From contig OX597817.1 in assembly GCA_951406725.2 (NCBI GenBank), positions 58,838,001 to 58,902,000 on the forward strand: DNA of 64,000 bases. The letters are read 5' to 3'. Under the pieces are notes generated by a model. The model ran no database searches. It was given only the letters and a program-made list of their open reading frames with translations, and had not been told where the DNA came from. Source of the stretch: Octopus vulgaris. Its lineage: Eukaryota. Positions 13,267-23,950 of the stretch are shown here, one piece after another. Both the position numbers and the translations under genes were made by a program. Numbering within the stretch: the first letter of the stretch is position 1; every line of letters starts with the position of its first letter.

Positions 13267-14010
13267 TATGTCTATGTTTGTCCCCCAACATTGCTTGACA
13301 ACCGATGCTGGTGTGTTTACATCCCTATAACTTAGCAGTTCAGCAAAGAGATTAATAAAATAAGTACTAGGCTTACTAAGAATAAGTCCTGGGGTTGATT
13401 TGACTGAAACAAATAAAAGAAAAGAATATATAAGCAGGTATAATTATGTGTATTTACATATCTATGCACACATAATTATACATATATATATACATGTGTG
13501 TGGGTATGCTTGTGTGTGTGTATAGATATGTGTATATATATGATATATATAATATTGTGTGTGTGTGTGTGTGGTAAGAAGCCTGCTTCTTAACCACATG
13601 GTTCCAGGTTCCTTCCCACTTGGGCAAGTGTCTTCTACTATAGCCTTGGGCCGACCAAAGCCTTGTGAGTGGATTTGGTGGACAGAAACTGAAAGAAGCC
13701 TGTCGTGTATATGTATATGTGTGTTTGTGTGTTTGCATCTGTGTTTGCCCCTCCACCATCACTTGACAACCGATGCTGGTCTGTTTACATCACCATAACT
13801 TAGCAGTTCAGCAAAAGACACCCATAGAATAATTACTAGGCTTACAAAGAATATGTCTTGGTGTCAATTTATTTGAATAAAACCTTTAAGGCAATGCTCC
13901 AGCATAGCCACAGTCAAATGAATAAAAAAATAAAAGAATAAAAGAATATATATATATATTTTTTTTTTTTTTCCTCTGTCTTCCCTTCTCTGGATCTTTC
14001 CTTCTCCTAT

Positions 14011-14045
14011 GTTTCCGATGAAGAGCTCCGGTCGAAACGTTAAAC
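14011..14045 (+). ncRNA. Minimal hammerhead motif (U4->C) in a Penelope-like remnant spanning 13970-14145
   Basis: GTTT-CCGATGA-A-GAGCTCCGGTC-GAAA-CG-TT-AAAC. The downstream TTCCTGAG...AATA motif is shared with the 40885 and 52210 elements, and the element ends in (TA)n. Confidence 0.55.
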
Positions 14046-14139
14046 CCTCCTTCTTTCCTTCTTTCCTGAGTGTCCAATAATACTATATTTGTTCCACCTC
14101 CTCGCGTTGTTGTGTTTTTTTGTGCTTTCTTGTTTGGAT

Positions 14140-14181
<42 letters not shown>

Positions 14182-14383
14182 CTCCAAACATGAACATATA
14201 TATATGTATACATACATAGATACATACACACAAGTGTATAATGTACACACATATATGTCTGTACATCTGTGTAACTATATACATATATATATATATACAT
14301 ATACACACACACATATACATATATACACACACACATACACACACACACACACATACACATACATACATACATACATACATACA

Positions 14384-14414
<31 letters not shown>

Positions 14415-15271
14415 GCACACCTACACATAATGATATCATATTTGCACCTTTGTGAGGAATGAAGAGTGGATTTGGTAGATGGAAATTGAAAGAAGCCTGT
14501 TGTATATATATGTGTGTGTGTGTGTGTGTGCATGCGTATGTGTGTGTGTGTGTGTGCGTGTTTGTGTGTCTGTGTTTGTCTCCCCAACATCGCTTGACAA
14601 CCGATGCTGGTGTGTTTACGTCCCCGTAACTTAGCGGCTCAGCAAAAGAGACCAATAGAATAAGTACTAGGCTTACAAAGAATAAATCCTAGGGTCAATT
14701 TGCTCGACTAAAGGCGGTGCTCCAGCATGGCCACAGCCAAATGACTGAAACAAGTAAAAGAGTAAAGAGTATATAAGTATGTGCAGGCATAGGCATAGCT
14801 GGGAGGTAAGAAGTTTGCTTCTCAACCATATGGTTTAAGGTTCAGTCCCACAATGTGGCACTTTGGGAAAGTTTTTTTGTATGATATCCCTGACCTGGTC
14901 AAAACTTTGTAAATAGATTTGGTAGATGGAAACTAAAAGAACCCCTTAAATATGTATATATCTATATGTGTGTGCAAATGAGTGAGTCACCATCTCCTTG
15001 CTTTGATTTCATGCAATAGTTATAAAAGGGTACCACTAGACACAATGCTAGACTAGCATAAGGGGTGGGTTTGGAATTAAGAAAGAGATGCTTGCACAGC
15101 AGACTCACTCCCTCACCCTTACACAATGTACTTGGTGGTAAGATAAGCCAATAACACAGCTATCACAGGATTATCTCAGCCTAAGCAGAAGAACTACCAT
15201 TTATCTACCACACAGCATTACTACTCACTAGAGACAGATGCTAAACTAGTGCAGCACTGATGGTACTTGAT

Positions 15272-15510
15272 AGGGCGGTGAGGAGCTGGCAGAAACGTTA
15301 GCGCAGTGGGCGAAATGCTTAGCGGTATTTCGTCTGCCACTACGTTCTGAGTTCAAATTCCGCCAAGGTCAACTTTGCCTTTCATCCTTTCGGGGTTGAT
15401 TAAATAAGTACCAGTTATGCACTGGGGTCGATGTAATCGACTTAATCCGTTTGTTTGTCCTTGTTTGTCCCCTCTATGTTTAGCCCCTTGTGGGTAGTAA
15501 AGAAATAGGT
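15272..15510 (+). mobile_element. SINE family 2 with TSD
   Basis: Flanked by the direct repeat GGTACTTGATAG. Confidence 0.9.
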
Positions 15511-16237
15511 ACTTGATAGTCACAGATGTGTGTTACCTCCTACAACCTCAAGAAAAAGTCGAGATTCCAGGAGGCTGCAAAAGCTAATGAAATGATCTCC
15601 ATATCTCTCAGTACAATCAACTTTCCTTTGTGTCCAGGCCATAAGATATCATTCCAAATGTTTGCCCTGTGTTTTCTGCCCAACAGAAGGATATGCTACC
15701 ACCAGCGCCTGTTGCCCTTTCCTTGGACAACTGCTGCCAACTTCAAAGCGGTGGAGATGACAATCGTATATTTCTTCTAAGTTTCTTTCGAATTAATGAA
15801 CACATGCGTGCGTATGCACACACACACACACACACACACACATACATATATACATCTACATGCCCACATAAATACATATATATAAGTGCTCTGCTGCCTC
15901 TATTTCTCCAATCTTTCCAAACCTGTCTGCCTGTTCTGCCACCAGGTCACTCTCCATCTGGCACAGATTTTACCTCCAAAGCACTTATATAAAATTAAGG
16001 AGAGAAGAAAACAAATTCAAAGGCCAATGTATATATTCATTCAATCCATATTAACGAATTTCTCCATGGTATACAAGATACATACATAGATGCATTCATC
16101 TATATGATACATAAAAATTTATAAGAATTTATACATACATACATATACATGAAAATTTATAAATATATAAAAATTCATACACATATAAATATATAAAAAG
16201 TATATATTTATGAGAGGGTGCGTGTATATATATATAA

Positions 16238-16274
<37 letters not shown>

Positions 16275-16799
16275 CATTACTGAATTGGTATTGAGTCCTT
16301 TCTCTGCATCCATTTGCCTTTGACTGGTCTTGTTTTCCATCCTGTAGACTGCCCAAAATCCTCCTCCCCCACCAAGCAAGCATAAGCTAACCCTACCCAA
16401 CCATGCTGAGTTAATTGTTACCAGTAGCACTCTGTCGACCAGAAATATGCATGCACACACACACACACATCACACACACATCACATATACACACACAGAC
16501 AAACACACATATCACACACACACACACATTCAACACACACACACTCACATCACTCACACACATGCATGCACACACACACATCACATATACACATACAGAC
16601 AAACACACACACACACACATATCACACACACAATATCACACTCAGTATCACACACACAATATTACACACACACACACACATAACTCACACACTATCACAC
16701 ACACACATATACGTGTGTGTGTGTATATATATATATATGAGGGGAGAGAGAGAGAGAAAGGGTGAGTGGGAGGACAACTGGAAGTTTTTATGGGACAAC

Positions 16800-19520
16800 T
16801 TTCTGATGGTTGTACACTAAATCTCTGGTCGGGGCAAAATCGGTGCCAGATGGAGGGTGACCTGGTAGCAGAACAGGCAGACAGGTTTGGAAAGATTGGA
16901 GAAATGGAGGCAGCAAAGCACTATATCAAGTAACCAAGAGAGAAGCCAGGCAACAGGTTTATGCAGCCAGGGCAGAAGTAGAAAGAGAGAGGTTTGCCAA
17001 TGTCTTATAGGTCAAAGACTGAAGGTGTTCTGGATTGCTGGACAGTGTGTCAGAGAGAACTGAAATGTCACAGGAGAGAGGTGAGTGCGGATGGCCAATG
17101 GTTAAAATTACATTCAGTGACTCCGAAAGGGCTACTATGAAAAGCTATCAAATGTGGAGAATGACTGGGAGAAAGGGAACCTCCCCTGTGTGAACCCAAC
17201 AGTGGGACCTGCTATTAATGTTGACAACAGTATGATAGATAAGGCAATTAAGGAGAAATCCCCTGGTTCATTGGGAGTTACTGCTGAAATGCTTAAAATA
17301 GGATACAGTCTAGTCACCCAAATAATTAACCAGGTTATTCAGGAAGGTAACATCCCCAATAACTGGTGTGGCAGCATTATAGTCAGTGCCTACAAGGAGA
17401 GGAAAGATGCCTTGAACAGAAGTAATTACAGGGTCATCAAATTGTTGGACTATGGACCAGGTGAGGAAAGTTACAGAAAGAGTTATGATAAAAATATTTA
17501 GGAACAGAATCAGATTAGATGAAATGCAGTTTGGTTTTGTGCCAGGGAAAATCACTGCTGATGCTGTCTTTATAGTCAGAAAACAGGTGAAATATTTGGC
17601 ACAGAATAAACCATTGTACCTGATATTTGTTGATTTAGAGAAATTTTTTGACAGAGTGCCCCACTGCATGATTGAGTAGGCTCTGAAGAAGCTAGGGGTA
17701 GTCAAGTGACCTGTGAAAGCTGTACAAGCCATGTAAAAAGGTTCTGTCAGTAAGGTGAGAGTTAACCATGAGTACAGCGATGAATTTAGTGTACAAGTAG
17801 GCATTCGACGGGGTTTGGTTTCCAGTTCCCTCCTCTCCAGGCCATAACAGAGGAATTCAAGACTGGCTGCCACTGGGAACTACTATACGCTGAAAATCTT
17901 GCTCACATAATAGATTCCGTAACAGAGTTAGAAAAGAAATTCCAGGTGTGGAAGCAAAACCTAGAATCAAACAGCTTTAAGGTTAACTGAGTAAAGACTC
18001 AGGTTCTAGAAAACAAGAAAATGGACAGGACACCAGCCCCATCAGGTAAATGGCCTTGCTCAATATGTAGGAATGGTGTAGGCAGGAATTCCATATGGTG
18101 TACCTAGTGCAAGCTATGGACACAAGGGTTGCGATGCCCTGGAAGCTTTTTAGAGGAAGTGGATTATTTCTACTAGTAGGGGACCTAATAAGCAGTGCTG
18201 TGGGGGGGGGGCTTGTATGGAAAGAGAAATTGTTTGAATAAGAATAAGATGGAGAAAATTCAGGAAGCATTTACTTCTCTTGGCAACCAATTCTCTCTCT
18301 CTTTCTCTCTCCAAGTGAAAGGAAGATTTTATGATGTAAATGGACAGCAATGCTACATGGCAATGAGCTGTGAGCCCTGAATGCAGAGGACACACAAAGT
18401 CTAGGGAGCAATGAAGTTAGTATGCTCTGCTGGCCGTGCAATGTCAGTGTACATGTGCAACAGAACACTAATGTATTGGGAGGAAAGTTAGGCATTACTG
18501 TATGGTAAAACGCTTGCTTCCAACCACATGGTTCTGGGTTCAGGCCCACTGCTTGGCACCTTGGGCTGGTGTCTTCTACTGTGGCCTCAGACTGACCAAA
18601 ATCTTGGGAGTGAATTTGATAGATGGAAACTGAAAGAAGCCCATCATATGTATGTGTGTGTATGTGTATATGTAATAACAAATTAATAAATAAAGCATAT
18701 GCATATATACATACATATATGTACGTACCTACCTCTACATGTATATATACATGCATATATGGGTACAGGACACAAAAACACGTCGAACACAATGAGAAAC
18801 GAAAATATAAACACAAAACCAAGGAACTGGACATTTTTCCTAAACAACGAAAAAATAGAGCACAGGACAAATAACACAAGGAAAATTCCCCTTCTTCAGT
18901 CACCATGGTTTCATCTACTCCGCGTTTCGAAGGTGAAGGCGAGACGCGACTTCGACTGAAACATTCCTTCCCGCGATGTATATGTATGTATGTATATGTA
19001 TGTATGCCTATTTCTATGTGTGTGTGTCTTTGTGTCTGTGTTTGACCCCCACATCACTGCTTGACAACCAGTGTTGGTGTGTTTACGTCCCTGTAACTTA
19101 GCGGTATGACAAAAGAGCCTGATAGAATAAGTACTAGGCTGTAAAAATTTAGTCCTGCGGGTTGATTTGTTCAACTAAAACCCTTGAAGATAATGCTCCA
19201 GCATGGCCACAGTCGATTGATTGAAACAAGTAAAAGAATAAAACAATAAAGGGAATTAAATACAGCATGCAAGAAAGAAGACTGCACTGGTTTGGTCATG
19301 TGATGGTCATGTGATGAGTATGGGTGGGGAGAGTTGCACAAAGAAGTGCCAATCACTCAAAGTGAATAGAAAGCATGGGAGAGAGAGCTCCAGGAAGAAA
19401 TGGCACAAAGCACTGAAGGTCAATCTCAAGACTGAGGTTTATGAAGGAGATGACTAAAGACCAAGATATCTGATGCCTTGCTATACTCAACAAGACCTCT
19501 TCAGCACAGCAGAATTGATG
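16800..19520 (+). mobile_element. Decayed RTE-clade LINE (reverse transcriptase region), interrupted by a SINE at ~18496-19245
   Basis: KSPGSLGVTAEMLK..IPNNWCGSIIV..YK..KDALNRSNYRVIKLL; LDEMQFGFVPGKITADAVFIVR..KPLYLIFVDLEKFFDRVP; after the SINE, SMQERRLHWFGHVM. Many stops and frameshifts. Confidence 0.9.
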
Positions 19521-19591
19521 TTTTAAACCACTCTATACTCACTCAACAGTAACTGTCGCCATCGTAATTGCTGTTGTTGTCGTGCTTGTTG

Positions 19592-19592
19592 T

Positions 19593-19667
<75 letters not shown>

Positions 19668-19760
19668 CGATGATGATGGTGATGGTGATGATGATGATGG
19701 TGGTGGTGGTGGTGACAGCGATGATGATGGTGGTGGTGGTGGTGGTAATGATGATGATGA
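19592..19760. repeat. (GAT)n/(GGT)n microsatellite
   Basis: Seen directly in the sequence. Confidence 0.99.
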
Positions 19761-20223
19761 TAGAAAAATGATGTTCGTATTTAAAAAATTAAACAGGAAA
19801 AAAATGGAAGCAAATAAACTAACAAATAATGTGAAAGAATATCTTCCAAAGAACGAAATGTATTTTATTGGTTAAAAGTTAAATAAAACGGATTAATATC
19901 AGGGCCTTGCCCAGATTTTGCAATAAAGCGATATCAATAGTATTATTGCGGGTGCTGTATGCGAAAAGTATTATATTAAGAGGAAGTGCAGAAAGTGTGC
20001 TAAAATACATACGTACACACATATATGTATGTAATGGGTGTGTGTGTGTGTTTCCAACCACAAGGTTCCAGGCTCAGTCCCACTGTGTGGCACCATGGGC
20101 AAGTGCCTTCTGATATAGTCTCGCGCCGACCAAAGCGTTGGGAGTGGATTCGGTAGACGAAAACTGAAAGAAACCAGTCGTATAAATAGATGTATGTATG
20201 TGCGTACGTGTGTGTGTGTGTGC

Positions 20224-20309
<86 letters not shown>

Positions 20310-20319
20310 GTGTGTGTGC

Positions 20320-20384
<65 letters not shown>

Positions 20385-20602
20385 CCACCACCGCTTGACA
20401 ACAGGTGTTGATGTATTTCTGTTCTTGTAACTTAGCGGTTCGGCAAAAGAGAAAAAGTGACCACTAGAATAAGTACCAGGTTTTTAAAAGAAAATAAACA
20501 CTGGGATCGATTCATTCGACTGAAATTCTCCAAGGTACTGCCACAGCATGGCCGCAGTCTAATGACTGAAACAAGTAAAAGATGAAAGATATATATCAAT
20601 AA

Positions 20603-20998
20603 ACTAGCAGTATCGTCCGGCGTTGCTCGGGTTTGTTTCGACCCTTTAGAATTGGAATTTTTGAAAAGTAAAACTTTTGCATTATGTAGCTTGTTAGTCT
20701 CTTTAAGTGAACATTTTTCTGGTTGAAATACACCAAAAAATGGTGACACAGCAGTCAAAAAATCGTAAAAAACAGGTATTTTCATAGAAAAAAAGCACCT
20801 TTTTGATGTAAATGATTTTTGGTGTTAACATGGTCCGATTTGTATTTTTTCTTCAACAGAAGGAAGAGCAAACCTTCTTCTATCATACTCTCAATTTTGG
20901 CCAACTTGCGCCACAGGGTCTCGGAGGAGATAGTGTTAGTTGAAGGCTAGCAAACCTGCCATACACAGACAACTTCAGCTTTATATATAGAGAGAGAT
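20603..20998 (+). mobile_element. Helentron-associated non-autonomous element (HINE/DINE-like)
   Basis: Starts ACTAGCAGTATCGTCCGGCGTTGCTCGGG (hairpin) and ends CAGACAACTTCAGCTTTATATATAGAGAGAT. A close copy lies at 36671-37064. Confidence 0.75.
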
Positions 20999-21004
20999 TT
21001 ATAT

Positions 21005-22215
21005 ACTGGTAGATGTCAAAATTTATCCGCACCTTCGCCAAAACTTTACTTAGGTCGACCACACTGCCTTCAGTGCTCGCCTGCTAAAAAGTGGTACACT
21101 TGTGGTTACGTAACCGGGGTTTGACCTAGAGCGCTCCGGGTTTCTTTCTTGTGTTATTGAGTAAGAACATAGCCGTTCTGCTGGCTGTGTGCACCAAGGA
21201 AGAACAGGTCAGTAATCCGATTTCTCTAGTCTGAAGGTGTGTCGGGAGCTGAAATTCATCGCAGGCTCTCGGTTTATTAGAGAGACAGCGATCTACTGTG
21301 TAGAAGTATGTGGGGGTGGATTGAGAAGCTTAAAAATAGACGGACAAGCGTGAAGCACGCGAAGGGAGCAGGACGCCCATCAACTTCCACAACTGACGTG
21401 AAGGTTCAACTAGCGCGGGAGATGGTTCTTGCGAACCGGCGAGTAACCCTTGATGAAGTAGTTGGTTCTTTTCAAATTAGTCATTGTCAGCATACGAAAT
21501 CATCCACAACAAGCTTCACTTCCGTAAAGTTTGTACGAAATGGTTACCAACAAACCTTACCGAAGCGCATGCGCATAACGCTTACTCGACCGCAACAACG
21601 ATTAAGACGAAGCTTTGTTGTTGTTTTTTTTTGTTTTTTGAGAATATAGTCATTGATGAGACCTGGAGCCATCAGTTTGAGCCAGAATCCAAAGGGCAGC
21701 GAAAAAGGAATTCAGGACTCATTTTTCAGCAGAAAAAGTAATGCCAACCGTTTTGAGGGATGCAAAAAGGAACATTACCTGGAAAAAGGATCTACAGTGA
21801 CCAATGCAGGCTGAAGAGAGATGCTGACCAACGAACAGAAACCAGCAATTCTCAACCAACGGTGAGGTCTAATGTTAAAATAAGTGCTGTTGTTGCACGA
21901 CAATGCACGCCCAGACATAGCCGCCTGCACCGATGAAATCGTTGAAAACTGTGTTTCGAGTTGCCAAAACACCCTGAATACAATCCAATCCAGATCTCAC
22001 CTCTTCCAACTGTCACCTCTTTGGACCGATCAAACATTCTTTGCAGGGTCGTCGATTTGCTAAAGACGAATAAGTGCCGGCAGCTGTGCACAAATAGCCG
22101 CGCAGCCATTCCGATGGAGTAAGCAAGTTTTGTGGACGGCAGGAAGAAGTACATCGGAAAGTAAGGAGACGACGACGTCGAAAAATCTGTGCACATACAT
22201 ACAAACACGTAAAAA
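21005..22215 (+). mobile_element. Decayed mariner (DD34D) transposon
   Basis: GRPSTSTT...NRRVT; IIHNKLHFRKVCTKWLP; DETWSHQFEPESK; LLHDNARP; FGPIKHSLQGRRF. Multiple frameshifts and stops. Confidence 0.9.
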
Positions 22216-22854
22216 TAACTTGTTGATGTTAAAATTCCAATGGAGCTTGGACCAAGGTTAGAAACCGGCTCTTTCTCTACTGGAAAGAAATCTTGAAACA
22301 AACTGAATGACTGACTGACATACATACATACATACATACATACATACATACATACATACATACATACATACATACATACATACATAGCATAACCATGGAC
22401 AACTGCTTTGAAACCTCCAGCTTCTATATCCGAATTACAAATTTACATTTATACCAATAATAATTGGAGCACTTGGTTTTGTAAGTAAATGTCTTATTGT
22501 CAGTCTGGATAAGCTTGGATTTTCAGAAAAAGAAATCAACCGATTCGCTCATTACAAATTCAGTCTGTAAGCGGAACAGTTAAACTATGCGAGACTTTTC
22601 TCAGTTTTCGTTATTTACATTCCAAAGACGGAGCTTTGTATCTTTGCTAGAAACCAGCTCCCTCTTCAAAGCAAGAATGTAAATGATTAAAAACAGAAGA
22701 AACATACATACATACATACATACATACATACATACATACATACATACATACATACATACATACATACATACATACATACATGTACGTCTGTGTATTTGTG
22801 TGTACATTTATACATACGTACACACATTTCTTTGAATTAAGTATCAGTCTACGC

Positions 22855-23154
22855 CGGTGGTTCTGAAGCCCCGAGGTCCACATAAGATGTTCTGGGTTCC
22901 ATTATATACACAATCGAAAATTGGCTCCACAATCATTTTAAGGGTCTATGAAAACATTTTGCTTCAGCGGCATTTATTGCAAGAAACGTCTGTCCTTCTT
23001 TAACGATTTACGTAGTTCAACCTACACAAGTTAATGTATGAAAAGCGAAACAGAGATTTTGAAAGATTCACTACAAAACTAGTGTTTAAACGACGTATGG
23101 CAATGACGTCCATCAGAGTAAAACAGTAATCGATGGAGTTTATGGGAAACACTG
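22855..23154. mobile_element. hAT-Charlie-like MITE
   Basis: CGGTGGTTCT...GGGAAACACTG with TSD GTCTACGC/GTCTACAC. Confidence 0.7.
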
Positions 23155-23278
23155 GTCTACACCAGTGCTTCTCAAACTATCTGATGTGGCGTACCGATAG
23201 TCTTTTGCTTCCAATGTGCCAGGGACCGGTAATATTTCTTAGTAATATTGAATTATACCAGAAACAATATAATATAAT

Positions 23279-23460
23279 CACAAAAACAGTTAAATTCCCT
23301 TCAACATTTAAATTTAATTTGTCAAAATATTTTCGTCGCTTTAAGACCGCGACCTGTTCACTGACAAAATTCTGTCAGTGAACAGGTCGCAGTCTCAAAG
23401 CAATGAAAATATTTTGGCAAATTAGATTTAAATACTGAAGTGAATCTAACGGTTTTTGTG
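23279..23460. repeat. Inverted repeat with ~88-bp arms and 6-nt spacer (inverted pseudo-LTR duplication)
   Basis: The arms meet at TGACA-AAATTC-TGTCA. The plus-strand copy continues to a TA run at ~23560. Confidence 0.9.
23320..23366 (-). ncRNA. Minimal type I hammerhead motif, G3-C8 core variant
   Basis: Minus strand reads TGTCA-GTGAACA-G-GTCGC-GGTCTTAAA-GCGAC-GAAA-ATAT-TT-TGACA: perfect stems I and II, palindromic AATATT stem III, and core GUGAACA instead of CUGANGA. A diverged copy lies on the plus strand at 23373-23419. Confidence 0.65.
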
Positions 23461-23718
23461 TGTTTTTAAATGGCTTACAAACACCTTCCAAACTGCAATT
23501 GTTTTTGTTTCAGCACACGATCTCAGATCAGGTCACTTGCCATGCAAGTACATCTCCATGATATATAATAAAAGTTGACAATTTTTTAAAGTTATATTTA
23601 TTTTGTAAACAAATTATACAATATTACATAAGCATTTTATAATGTTTCTTTCTTTTCTGGAAACTCGCCGCGTACCGCCACGTACTTTGAGTATCACTGG
23701 TCTACGCTGTCTGCTATA

Positions 23719-23950
23719 TATTTCTTTACTACCCGCAAGGGGCTAAACACAGAGGGGACAAACAAGGACAGACAAACGGATTTAGTCGATTATATCGACG
23801 CCAGTGCGTAACTGGTACTTAATTTATCGACCCAGAAAGGATGAAAGGCAAAGTCGACCTCGGCGGAATTTGGACTCAAAACGCAGCGACGGACGAAATA
23901 CCACAAAGCATTTCGCCCGGCGTGTTAACGTTTCTGCCAGTTCGCCGCCT
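23719..23950 (-). mobile_element. SINE family 2 with 15-17-bp TSD
   Basis: Flanked by (CT)ACGCTGTCTGCTATA at 23702-23718 and 23949-23965. Confidence 0.9.

Larger units (their letters stand above)
23163..23699. mobile_element. hAT-Charlie-like MITE carrying the inverted hammerhead element
   Basis: CAGTGCTTCTCAAA...TTTGAGTATCACTG with TSD GTCTACAC/GTCTACGC. Confidence 0.8.

Noticed and set aside
20432-20785. ORF repeated at 36883-37071 that looks like a duplicated gene
   Set aside because: It lies within copies of a non-autonomous Helentron-associated element.
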